The position numbers and the translations under genes were made by a program. The notes under the pieces were generated by a model. That model worked only from the letters and a program-made list of their open reading frames with translations, made no database searches and had not been told where the DNA came from. Source: a virus. Taken from it: a stretch of DNA of 61,059 nt. The stretch is from IMG/VR virus record IMGVR_UViG_3300023247_000001, positions 1 through 61,059 of that record; one strand, 5' to 3'. Shown here one piece after another: positions 35,430 to 44,443 of this stretch. Position 1 is the stretch's first letter, and each line of letters opens with the position of its first letter.

Positions 35430-35942
35430 TCAGGATACACCAGACATGGATTGTTTTACGGCAGAATCGTATGCTTTCTGCAAATCCGCGCAGTAGCCGA
35501 CGACTCCTGCCGGCGGGTTGACTGTCTTGTGGCCGAGGTTCCAGATTTGGCCGATCTCAACCAAGTTCTTGGGTTCGAAGTGCGCCACATAGGAGTTGAA
35601 GTGGCTGACGAATGACCGTGCGCAATCATCAAGGCTGGTTTCGAGCTCGGCAGGAGTAAGCCCTGGGCAGTTGATCAGCATGGTCTGCCACGGGCCAAAG
35701 CTGGAAGCGCCATTGCGGCTGTATTGCGCCACCAAAGAACGCTGCGCAGGGCTCGAAGCCCATACTGAACCACCTACGTCATATGCGGGTTCATGCCGCG
35801 GTCCGCAGTTGGCTCCTGTGCTGCTTTCGTTAGATGCCAGAGCTGCCATGACGCGCTCGCCGTCGAGTCCTGCCGGGACTTTTAGAACCGGACCATACTT
35901 TGCGCAGGACGCCAAGACTTCACTTTTTGGAAAACTGTTCAT
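35430..35942 (-). CDS. Putative endolysin (lytic transglycosylase/lysozyme-like)
   Basis: ALASNESSTGA...SSFGPWQTM resembles the SLT catalytic Glu-Ser and GLMQ blocks; ATG at 35942 with a GAGGG RBS. Confidence 0.45.
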   Translation of the reverse strand: MNSFPKSEVLASCAKYGPVLKVPAGLDGERVMAALASNESSTGANCGPRHEPAYDVGGSVWASSPAQRSLVAQYSRNGASSFGPWQTMLINCPGLTPAELETSLDDCARSFVSHFNSYVAHFEPKNLVEIGQIWNLGHKTVNPPAGVVGYCADLQKAYDSAVKQSMSGVS

Positions 35943-36022
35943 TTCGCCCTCAAAGATCATCTGGTTGCGGTAAGTCTTTCGGAGTTTGTGGCGGGATAGG
36001 AAAATAATGCTCCACTACGCCC

Positions 36023-36364
36023 TCATCGACGAAACATCAATGTCAAGGCACCGCCTATCAGTGTTCCGATGAACGTAAAGGCGGAAGCGATGCCCGCGAG
36101 ATAGACTTTCCATGATTCCAGACGCAATACTCGCTTAGAAAGATCAGGGAGATCTTTGGTCCTCTCAATCAAGAGCCCAAGTTGAGACTTCAGGGCCTCA
36201 AGAGCTACACCATGTTCTTCGAGCAGTTTAGTCTGCGAGTTCTCTCGCTCTTTGGCGAGCGCATCACGCTCTTTGGTAAGCCGCTCAATGTCTTTTTGGA
36301 GAGCGTTCACACCCTCGAATTGACTTACATTTGTCCTGCGCTCAAGCATCTTTTCCCCTGTCAT
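36023..36364 (-). CDS. Coiled-coil protein with C-terminal TM anchor
   Basis: 113 aa; C-terminal VYLAGIASAFTFIGTLIGGALTLMF. Confidence 0.5.
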   Translation of the reverse strand: MTGEKMLERRTNVSQFEGVNALQKDIERLTKERDALAKERENSQTKLLEEHGVALEALKSQLGLLIERTKDLPDLSKRVLRLESWKVYLAGIASAFTFIGTLIGGALTLMFRR

Positions 36365-36377
36365 AAATTCAAATTCT

Positions 36378-37427
36378 TTACCAGCCTATTGCATACCAGT
36401 CCCAAGTCTCGCCGCTTGGCTCTGGGTTGACGGTGAACGTGCTGAGTGCCGTACAAGTGGCGGCGGCCGAAGCCGCAGACTGACCGCTCGATATTCTTGG
36501 GCCGCTATCGTTGGCGACAATCTTGCACTGCGAGGTCATGGCGATGGGAAGGTTCTGAGTGCATGGGGTGGTAGAGGTTGTGCAACTGATGGTTCCCCAT
36601 TCTTCTATCGTCCCATCTCCGAATTTTATGTAGCACCCATTGGCATTGCATGTGCGCGTCGTTCCGTTTCCAGACACAGCAGAGACTCTACCTTGGGCGT
36701 CTGTGGTGATCGATGAGGGGTTGGTCACCGTGCCGGCCGTGCCAGTGTTCGGAAGTCCAACGTTAGTCTTTCCAGTCCCGTTGCTGCCTACCACCGTTCC
36801 GTCGAAGTTTAAGATTGGCTGCTGGGCGAGCGCCGATCCGTTCTCCTGCACTGTTTGATAGTAGATGGTTGCGGGCGTGGGAAGCGCATTGCATAGAGCG
36901 TTTCCGTTGGATGCGATACCGTAGGCGAAGTATGATGCTGGGTTGCATGCTGTCGGAGTGGATGCAAGGGCATTCGCCGTACTTGAGTTGCCGGTCAGTG
37001 GGCCGATGAAGCCGGATGTGTCAGTGAGCGCGCCGGACATTATTCCACCTTTGGACCAGTCGTCTACCAGCGCAAGGTCATTGACGAAATATGTCCCATA
37101 GGACGATGAAATCAGGACCCCATAATGCCCCACGTGAGCGCAGAAGTAGTAGTTTCCGCCGGCATCGGCCGTGAATGGGTTTGTAGGGGTTGCCGTGCTG
37201 AGGGCTGTTGTGGTGTAGATGTTAACTTTGTTCGCCACGCAATTGGCCGCTGTCGATCCCGACGAGCAGAGCGCCACGGTCGCGTAGGGAATCGGAGCAA
37301 TGACGCCGTTTGAGATGGTCTGTGCGACATTGTTCAGGCAAACTCCGATGGGAGCCTGGGCAATGGCAAAGGCCGCGCACAGCCAGAGAGCAGTGAGGGC
37401 GATGATGCGCTTTACTGTTCGATTCAC
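36378..37427 (-). CDS. Tail-fibre-like protein with N-terminal Sec-type signal peptide
   Basis: MNRTVKRIIALTALWLCAAFAIAQA; GGIMSGALT collar-type motif; C-terminal GDGTIEEWG...WYAIGW fibre-tip-like block. Confidence 0.55.
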   Translation of the reverse strand: MNRTVKRIIALTALWLCAAFAIAQAPIGVCLNNVAQTISNGVIAPIPYATVALCSSGSTAANCVANKVNIYTTTALSTATPTNPFTADAGGNYYFCAHVGHYGVLISSSYGTYFVNDLALVDDWSKGGIMSGALTDTSGFIGPLTGNSSTANALASTPTACNPASYFAYGIASNGNALCNALPTPATIYYQTVQENGSALAQQPILNFDGTVVGSNGTGKTNVGLPNTGTAGTVTNPSSITTDAQGRVSAVSGNGTTRTCNANGCYIKFGDGTIEEWGTISCTTSTTPCTQNLPIAMTSQCKIVANDSGPRISSGQSAASAAATCTALSTFTVNPEPSGETWDWYAIGW

Positions 37428-37708
37428 AGGGCCTCCGGAGACTTCACCAACTGTGGGCCAGCAACTGCGGCCTCTTGCTGTTTCGAGTCCTGATTCGGTG
37501 CCTGCTGTTCAATCCTTCCAACGATCTGCGTCGAGATGATCTTCCGGCACTCTGGGTTACCGCAGAAGATGATGGTGCCAATCATGCCGCCAGGAAAGAT
37601 CTGGTTCATGATCGAGAGTCGGGCCGGATCGTCTGCACAATACGGGCAGGCTGGCAGCATAACAGGGGTCACAATAGCGGTTTCGTTCGGTTCAATCTTC
37701 GTTTCCAT
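37424..37708 (-). CDS. Small Cys4 protein, first gene of the third late operon
   Basis: METKIEPN...CPYC...CGNPEC; GGAGGG RBS; GTGA-coupled to the fibre gene. Confidence 0.55.
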   Translation of the reverse strand: METKIEPNETAIVTPVMLPACPYCADDPARLSIMNQIFPGGMIGTIIFCGNPECRKIISTQIVGRIEQQAPNQDSKQQEAAVAGPQLVKSPEAL

Positions 37709-37803
37709 CGGTGTTCCCTCCAAAGCGAAAGACTCGCCACTGAGCCTCTTATCAAGGTCCCGTGGCGAGTCAGACTGGTTCTGTACCCGTCAAAGCGATT
37801 GTA
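37709..37803 (-). promoter_or_regulatory. Late leader cassette B
   Basis: Minus strand TACAAT (37798-37803), GACGGGTACAG (37781-37791), perfect 10-bp stem GACTCGCCAC/GTGGCGAGTC (37731-37740 with 37762-37771), then TTTCGCTTT and GGAGGG. Confidence 0.6.
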
Positions 37804-37810
37804 CCGCACC

Positions 37811-38947
37811 CTAGTAGCGGTAAAAGGCCAGATGCGTGGCCGTGGGCGGCGGGGCGATGGTGTAGGTGATTGTTGCACCGCTCAATGTGAAGTCAACCCC
37901 TCCCGGCTTCAGGACTTGCCATCCGCGGTAAAGCCGAAGACTGGCGGCGGGATTCGGGGCTTGCGGCAACGTAAAGACTTTGTTGGTCCCGTTCAGCGTT
38001 CCGGTCGGGGTAATCCAATCCGCAAAGTTTGGTTCAGTTCCGCTTCCGGCGTAGGTTCCCCAAGCGAGAAAAGATGCGCTGCCAATCGGCACAGAGGGGA
38101 TGATCGTGTTTCCATCGAGGATGTAGTAATCTTCTCCCGATTCAGAGAACACCGAATCGAGCAAGCACCGTGCCGGCTTGAAGAAGTTGATGATCGTAGC
38201 CATGTAGCTGAGTTGATCTGGAGACGCGCCAAAATTCTGAAACATCCCATTGCGGTAGAGTTCAATGGAAATCGGGGCGTCTGGCAGTACCAGATTCGAC
38301 CCTGAGATGGTCGGCACTACGGCATCGAAGTAGAGTGGCGTCCCGTCCGTGGCCTTGCGCATCAGGACACACAACGAAGAATTCAACGTGGGGGCAAAGG
38401 ACATGGCGAGTACCGTCCCGGCCGATGTGTAGTCAACTCCTGGACGCTGCAAGAGTCCGTTGTAGAAGACGCGGAGAGAACCGCCCACCGGAATTGAAGG
38501 GAGACTGAATACGCGGTTGCTTCCATCGATTACTCCGATGGGTGATTGCCCTGACCCACTCACTCCGACGCGAAATACAGCCCATCCTTGATTAGCGGGG
38601 TAAGCAGACCCTCCCCACGATGCCTGCCCCTCATAGCAGGTTGCAGTGAAGCCACAAAGCCCAAGTGCTTGGACAATAGCTCCCGGTGTGCCCATGATCT
38701 TGTGGAGTGGCAGCGCGTTCTGGATGATGGTCTGTGAGGTAACGCCCAACGCCTGCATCGGGACGCTGGGAATCATCATGTCGAGTTCCCATATCAAGTA
38801 GGGGAGGATGGACGCGGGGAGATTGCTGCCTAGCGTCCTGATAAGCAAAGGCGTGAGGTCGATGGACTCAAGGCGCGCAGAGAGTTGCATGTGGGCTTGG
38901 GTGCGGAGGTCATTGATAGATGATGCGGGCCTGAGATTGTTTGCCAT
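37811..38947 (-). CDS. Baseplate/tail protein, P2 gpI-like
   Basis: N-terminus SIDLTPLLIRTLGSNLPASILPYLIWELDM...HKIMGTPGAIVQAL fits the tail protein I family. Confidence 0.65.
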   Translation of the reverse strand: MANNLRPASSINDLRTQAHMQLSARLESIDLTPLLIRTLGSNLPASILPYLIWELDMMIPSVPMQALGVTSQTIIQNALPLHKIMGTPGAIVQALGLCGFTATCYEGQASWGGSAYPANQGWAVFRVGVSGSGQSPIGVIDGSNRVFSLPSIPVGGSLRVFYNGLLQRPGVDYTSAGTVLAMSFAPTLNSSLCVLMRKATDGTPLYFDAVVPTISGSNLVLPDAPISIELYRNGMFQNFGASPDQLSYMATIINFFKPARCLLDSVFSESGEDYYILDGNTIIPSVPIGSASFLAWGTYAGSGTEPNFADWITPTGTLNGTNKVFTLPQAPNPAASLRLYRGWQVLKPGGVDFTLSGATITYTIAPPPTATHLAFYRY

Positions 38948-39064
38948 GTTGTTCAGGCCCTCCTGTGGCCCTCCCTCTATCGTAGATGCCGGCCTTGCTC
39001 AGGCACCGCACCTCTCGTGCCCGACCTGTAAGTAATCCTGAGCCAATCGCATCAGCTTTAGCGC

Positions 39065-41653
39065 TTAGTTCATCCGGTATTCTGCCGATATCGACAGGTT
39101 TGCCGAGGTACATGTGCCCGATGACACTCCGAAGGTGATGTAGTGCCCCGCCGTGAGCGTTGCACTTGAAACCGACCCATCAAAGTCAGTTGCACTTGTG
39201 ATGGTGACGGACCCCTTTGTAGTGGGGGAGCTACAAGACCCCGGAGAGGTTCCACAGTCGTACATCGTGATTACCGGGTTTACGGTGCATGTGAAAGTTG
39301 CTGCGGCCCCTTCAATATTCTCGACTGTGCCCGGTTTCACCACTTTGAAAACGCCGATGAATGCCCCAACAGGCAGGCTGGAAACTTGCCCGGTCGTTGA
39401 ATAGTATGACGCACGCGGCCCGGCTGAAATTGATGTGTCACCTCCGAAAGCGAAGTTAATTGCACCTATCCCAGCGGGGAATTGATTGCTTGAATTCACC
39501 CCCACATGCTTTGAGCATGTCGCTTGTGTGAGGCTAGAAAATGCCGACGCATGAACGTAAGTGCAAAACAACTCCCCGCCATAGCTGTCGGGGATGACGT
39601 GCATAATGTATGGTGTCGATCCCCACGCGGACGGTACGCCGAACATCACGCCCGCAGAATACCCCGCTGTCGGATAAGCGGTGGAGTAGTTGAGTCCCGG
39701 ATAGACTCCATCGACGGTTACGCTTGGACTCACAACCGATGAAGGGCTGTAGTCCATGTTTGGAACATAGGACGGTTCTGACAGAATCCTATTGATCGAC
39801 CCTGCCGGCGGGATAGGGAGCATGTGGCATCCGCCGCTTAGGAGTTGCGTGTTCGACGTGAGCATCGTCCCGTAGGCATAGTCACACCATCTCCACCCAG
39901 CCCAGCTATTCGGCTGATAGTGCGTATCCCAGGGGGCATTGGACGCGTCAAAAGATAAATTCCATCCCGCAGCAAAACCGGGCAAAGCTTTGACTAGATT
40001 GATGCCCTGCGAAAGCTGGTTGGGCACACTTGCTGGAGGGAAAGCTGGAGGGAAATACGATATTGCCGGATTATCTTCCACGCTCGTGATCGATGGGGGG
40101 AAGAGTCCCAAAAACTGGTTACTTTTGAATGGAGCGTAGTTGACCGCATTTAGCTTACCCTGGATGAAAGACAAGACGGACTGATAAATGACCTGATGGC
40201 CTGGGTTGTTGGGGTGGACGCCATCAGCACCAAGCAGTGCTGCATTATTGAGGGCAGGGACGGCGATTGTGTTCGCGGCTCCGTAGGTGGAGTTAATCCA
40301 AGCCGTCAGCGGGACGTAATTCACGCCGCTTGTTTCAAACAAAGGAAGCAGGTGGTAGACCGTAATCCCCGCTGCCTGCAGTTGTGAGACGATAGAAGCA
40401 TAGTTTGTTTCAATTGTTCCGAGCGCCACGCCAAATGCTACATCATTTCTCCCGATGCACAGGATAATCGTTTTGGGCTTCAAGGCGATCAATTCTGGAA
40501 TTCGGTTCAGCGTGTCATAGGTTGTTTCCGCGCCGCCGGCATCTACTGTCACGCGATAGTTATCCTGGAGCAGTCCCGACCAACTCAACCAGTATGGCCC
40601 GGCAAACTCCCCGAGCGTCTTAGAGTCGCCCACTGCCAAAATATCAACTCCGGTCGGTGTGCCAGAAGAGATGCTCAGGCTAGTAACCGTCTCCGTTCCG
40701 CCGAAGTAATAAATGGCGAACTTGCCGCTGTTCCCCGGCACGTATGGGTTTGTGGTGAGATTGGTCCACTGGTAGGAGGTTGAGACGGGGGCGCTTTGCG
40801 TCGTCACGTCATAAGCTGAGACGTTGATTATATCGTAGTTCCGGCTCACTGTCAGGCTAATGGTATCTCCTGCGGCGAGTGTAAGAGCCGTCGCGGATGT
40901 AGCCACGGGTGCCGTAACATTCGATCCAGCGTCAAGTGCCAACTGTACCTTTCCAGCAAGGGAATCGTTGGACAAATCGATCAGGCCGACAATGTTTTCA
41001 CGATACGAACTGACCCAGTTGTTGCTACGAGTTCCGATTCCGATTGCCGTGTTTGTGCTGATCGCGCCCGCAATGATCGTCTCCGTCATTGACCAGACAG
41101 GAAGATCAGTGGTCCAGTTGTAATCAAGAGTCTGCGAGTAGCTTGGCGTTCCGCCACTGAAAACAAAATTACCACCCGTGATCGTGGGAGTGGCACCATT
41201 GGATGTGAATCCATTAAGGTTCGTCCAATTCGAGCCACTATAAATTTGACCGAGTGCTGGAAGGTTATTTGTCACGACAAAGCCATTCGAGCACACGCTT
41301 CCTGCGGGCGCTCCAGATGGACATGCAGCGCCAGCTGCGAGGGTGCCTGAGAACGATGCGCTGGTGCCGGTGAGTGCGCCGGTCAGCGTACCGCCAGTTG
41401 CGGGTAGATTATTCACCCATCCAGAGGTTGTGCATTTGTACTCGACATTATTCGTCGTGTCCTGATAAGACTGTCCCCACTCTGCTCCATAGGGGTAAAC
41501 AGTGTAGTTTCCGTTCTGGGTGCACGTGATCGAAGGCGCACCAGAACCGGAAAGCAAATTCCATTTAATCTGATAAGTCGGGTCAATCTGCGTCTGAGCA
41601 AAGCAGGTGATAACTGACAAGATCAGGAAAATAAAGAGCGCGATTCGTTTCAT
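39065..41653 (-). CDS. Tail fibre/spike protein with SGNH (GDSL) esterase domain and N-terminal signal peptide
   Basis: MKRIALFIFLILSVITCFAQT; GGTLTGALTGTSASFSG; SGNH blocks AVGDSKT, CIGRNDV and DGVHPN. Confidence 0.65.
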   Translation of the reverse strand: MKRIALFIFLILSVITCFAQTQIDPTYQIKWNLLSGSGAPSITCTQNGNYTVYPYGAEWGQSYQDTTNNVEYKCTTSGWVNNLPATGGTLTGALTGTSASFSGTLAAGAACPSGAPAGSVCSNGFVVTNNLPALGQIYSGSNWTNLNGFTSNGATPTITGGNFVFSGGTPSYSQTLDYNWTTDLPVWSMTETIIAGAISTNTAIGIGTRSNNWVSSYRENIVGLIDLSNDSLAGKVQLALDAGSNVTAPVATSATALTLAAGDTISLTVSRNYDIINVSAYDVTTQSAPVSTSYQWTNLTTNPYVPGNSGKFAIYYFGGTETVTSLSISSGTPTGVDILAVGDSKTLGEFAGPYWLSWSGLLQDNYRVTVDAGGAETTYDTLNRIPELIALKPKTIILCIGRNDVAFGVALGTIETNYASIVSQLQAAGITVYHLLPLFETSGVNYVPLTAWINSTYGAANTIAVPALNNAALLGADGVHPNNPGHQVIYQSVLSFIQGKLNAVNYAPFKSNQFLGLFPPSITSVEDNPAISYFPPAFPPASVPNQLSQGINLVKALPGFAAGWNLSFDASNAPWDTHYQPNSWAGWRWCDYAYGTMLTSNTQLLSGGCHMLPIPPAGSINRILSEPSYVPNMDYSPSSVVSPSVTVDGVYPGLNYSTAYPTAGYSAGVMFGVPSAWGSTPYIMHVIPDSYGGELFCTYVHASAFSSLTQATCSKHVGVNSSNQFPAGIGAINFAFGGDTSISAGPRASYYSTTGQVSSLPVGAFIGVFKVVKPGTVENIEGAAATFTCTVNPVITMYDCGTSPGSCSSPTTKGSVTITSATDFDGSVSSATLTAGHYITFGVSSGTCTSANLSISAEYRMN

Positions 41654-41672
41654 GCTGAAGTCTCCTTGTGGA

Positions 41673-42959
41673 TTAGCTAACTGGTTGGTTCTTTGTGCCC
41701 ATAACGATGGTGAGGTTTACCGCAGTGCAGTTTGCCCATTGTCCTGCTGTGAGCAAGAAACTGCCGTCAGAAGTTGGCGTGAGTGGTGTCCCGCCGATGT
41801 TTGCGGTCAGCGTTAGTTGCATGTCGTAGACGCCAGAAACACTGAGCGCCGATTGCCATTGGCTCAGGACTATATCTTGCTCGATGTTTGCGGCGAGCGT
41901 CAAGGCGAGATTCTGGGCGGCCGCAGTGATTCCAGCGGCGATGGTCGAGTAACTGGCGTTGGCGTAGAGCGTGATCGCTCCGGTCACGGTGTAATCAACT
42001 TCGGTCACAGCCGAAACCAGAACGGTGTCGCAAAGAGGACGCACGGTCTGCGCACTGAGAGCCGATTGAACAGCGGAAAGCAGCGTGCCAGAGGCAATGC
42101 CAGAACTGTTTGGGGATGCGGACGGTTGCGTTACGGGTCCTGTCAGGACATAGACCTGCACCGTGCCCGGCGTTGTCGGCGTTGTCGGGACTTGCGCATC
42201 AACGATTGTCGAACTCACGTCAAGCGCGAGAGATCGGTACTGCCCTGATGGACCAGCCGTCGTGAGGTTGTTCGGCGCTGCCTGAATGCGCGTGCGGTAG
42301 TGGTTGTCTCCCGCAGTCGTTCCGGCCGGCTCTCCGTCAGTTCCATTGGCCGTTGTGGTAGTGTTGGCGACGGCAGAGACGAGCGGAAAAGAACCCATCA
42401 GGACACTGACTTGTCCGGCAATATAGCCGTTGCCGCTGAGTCCCGCCGTGGTGCATTGCGCCGCCACAGTGCCGACCGTCTGCCCGGCGACTATCGTGAG
42501 CGCCGCAGTCGTGGCGAAGATGTTGAGGCCGTCTTGAGTCCCGACCTGCGTGCCAGAGGCTATCGTGGTGTCGGATGACTGTGATGCAGTGAGCGTGAAC
42601 TGTAACGTCGTGGTGGCGTACTGCGCGGGTAGCCTGGTGCAATCCAGATACTCGCCGAGGTAGTCCAGCATCGGATAGACGGCGAACGCGAGCAGGTTCT
42701 GAAGACCGCAATACTGGATCGCATTTCGGACCAGAATCTCGCGGTAGGCGTAGAGATTGATAAGCAACTGCTCTACCTGGGCCGGGTAGAGGGTCCTGCT
42801 GGTGTAACTCTCAAAAAGCGTCACCATGTCGTTCAGGACACTCGTCGGGTCGAGGCCGTCTGAGTCGTTGACGAATGAAGGTGTGGGCAGGTCAACAGGG
42901 ACTGTCTGAGGAGTGCCGGTGGCCGGCGGGAACGAGTTCGCGGGGATTATGACCGGCAT
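41673..42959 (-). CDS. Baseplate protein, gpJ-like
   Basis: 428 aa; position after the gpW-like gene; LINLYAYREILVRNAIQYCGLQNLLAFA block typical of Baseplate_J. Confidence 0.75.
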   Translation of the reverse strand: MPVIIPANSFPPATGTPQTVPVDLPTPSFVNDSDGLDPTSVLNDMVTLFESYTSRTLYPAQVEQLLINLYAYREILVRNAIQYCGLQNLLAFAVYPMLDYLGEYLDCTRLPAQYATTTLQFTLTASQSSDTTIASGTQVGTQDGLNIFATTAALTIVAGQTVGTVAAQCTTAGLSGNGYIAGQVSVLMGSFPLVSAVANTTTTANGTDGEPAGTTAGDNHYRTRIQAAPNNLTTAGPSGQYRSLALDVSSTIVDAQVPTTPTTPGTVQVYVLTGPVTQPSASPNSSGIASGTLLSAVQSALSAQTVRPLCDTVLVSAVTEVDYTVTGAITLYANASYSTIAAGITAAAQNLALTLAANIEQDIVLSQWQSALSVSGVYDMQLTLTANIGGTPLTPTSDGSFLLTAGQWANCTAVNLTIVMGTKNQPVS

Positions 42960-43409
42960 TTAAGAAGCTCCTCCCACAGATATTGTCGTGCTCTCTGTGC
43001 CTATCGTAGTCGTGGTAGAACTGCTCGACCCCATATTCGGCTTCCAGTTGATCGTCACGGTCAGAGTCCCGATGTTCGTTGTGCTGGCTACCACATCGAC
43101 GCTCTCAAGTGTGATGCGCGGTTCCCAGTCGGCAATAGCGGCAGAGATGGCACCGATGATGGCCGGAATCGCAGCGGTGAGCGGCCGGTCAAGGAACTGC
43201 GTCAGGTCGCATCCAAACGTGGGGCGGAATGGATCTTCACCGGGGATTGTCGAAAAGATGATCTTGAGGCACTGGTGAACATCCGCATAGGACTGGCAAA
43301 CTTGTCCGAGTCCTGAACCAGCACCGCCCCCAGCCGTCGAGTCAAGCATCAGCTCCCAGCTCGACGACTGGATGTTGGTGAGGGTCGCATATGGAAAAGT
43401 CGTTGCCAT
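42960..43409 (-). CDS. Baseplate wedge protein, GPW/gp25 family
   Basis: IFSTIPGEDPFRPTFGCDLTQFLDRP...IADWEPRITLESVDV. Confidence 0.8.
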   Translation of the reverse strand: MATTFPYATLTNIQSSSWELMLDSTAGGGAGSGLGQVCQSYADVHQCLKIIFSTIPGEDPFRPTFGCDLTQFLDRPLTAAIPAIIGAISAAIADWEPRITLESVDVVASTTNIGTLTVTINWKPNMGSSSSTTTTIGTESTTISVGGAS

Positions 43410-43790
43410 CTAGTTCCTCGGAGGCCAGTTCCATTTGCCTTGCTTGGGATCAATGGATTCGCCCGCGCTGGTGATCCAAAGAGAATCGTTGCCGTCAAGG
43501 AAAGCCTGCCCGTTGACTCCCGGTTGACCTGGGCCATATTCATCAGGCCAAACTCGCACAATTAGGAGTGGAACAACGTCTCCCGCTGAAGCCGGGTTCC
43601 CAATGTGGGCTTGTGCTCCGATAGGCCACTGTTCCCCAATTACCGCTCCATCTGTGGCAATTTGTCCGTTATTTTGAATGCGGGCAGCAATTGCTTTGCC
43701 TGTGGTTCTGCGCCGGTTGATCTGTTTCGCATCATCTTCAGTCAGCGTGTACTGCACGATGCGACCGACTGACGGTTTTTGCTCGCTCAT
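43410..43790 (-). CDS. Hypothetical baseplate-module protein
   Basis: 126-aa ORF between the gpV-like and gpW-like genes. Confidence 0.5.
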   Translation of the reverse strand: MSEQKPSVGRIVQYTLTEDDAKQINRRRTTGKAIAARIQNNGQIATDGAVIGEQWPIGAQAHIGNPASAGDVVPLLIVRVWPDEYGPGQPGVNGQAFLDGNDSLWITSAGESIDPKQGKWNWPPRN

Positions 43791-43798
43791 AAATCCTC

Positions 43799-44443
43799 CT
43801 AGTTACTGATTTTTGTCAGGACACTCTCAATCGTACTTGCCGTCCATGGCGTTGTCGGCGCGCCGGTCACTCCACCTTGCGGGTCCGAGTGCGTGTGCGC
43901 ATTGAACGCTGTAACCAGTTTACTCACCAGCGCCAGCGCATCCGCTGCGGTGCCACCGTTGGAAAGAGAAATGCTGCTTGCAGCCTGAATCTCAACATTG
44001 CCCGCCGAATCCAGTTCAATGCTGCCTCCCGATGGTTGGCTGAGAACCATCTGGCCGCCGGCTCCGAGTGTCACCTGGAGCTGGTGTGTGCTGGTGTTGT
44101 AGTGGATGATCGTTCCATCGGCGAATTGGGTATAGCGATCGGCGGGTGTGAGTCCTGCTGGTGCCGAGTCCACGGTTGACGGGACTCCACCTGTCACGAT
44201 GCCGTTCTCGTCCCACTCATCCATGACCACCGACACCTGCTCGCCGATGTCCGGTTGCCAGAAGTCTTTGTCGTTCATCGTCTTCATGACTTGGACCGGC
44301 AACCAAAAAGAGAGCACGTTCGCCTGGTCGGGGAACTGCACGCGCACCCGATAGGGCGGCACAGACTCGATCTGCGCAACGATGCCCGTCCTGTAAGGCG
44401 GGTGGAACTGCTCCGTGTATGGTCCGCGTACTGAGTCTGGCAT
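43799..44443 (-). CDS. Baseplate assembly/spike protein, gpV-like
   Basis: GIVAQIESVPPYRVRVQFPDQANVLSFWLPVQV...GIVTGGV. Confidence 0.7.
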   Translation of the reverse strand: MPDSVRGPYTEQFHPPYRTGIVAQIESVPPYRVRVQFPDQANVLSFWLPVQVMKTMNDKDFWQPDIGEQVSVVMDEWDENGIVTGGVPSTVDSAPAGLTPADRYTQFADGTIIHYNTSTHQLQVTLGAGGQMVLSQPSGGSIELDSAGNVEIQAASSISLSNGGTAADALALVSKLVTAFNAHTHSDPQGGVTGAPTTPWTASTIESVLTKISN

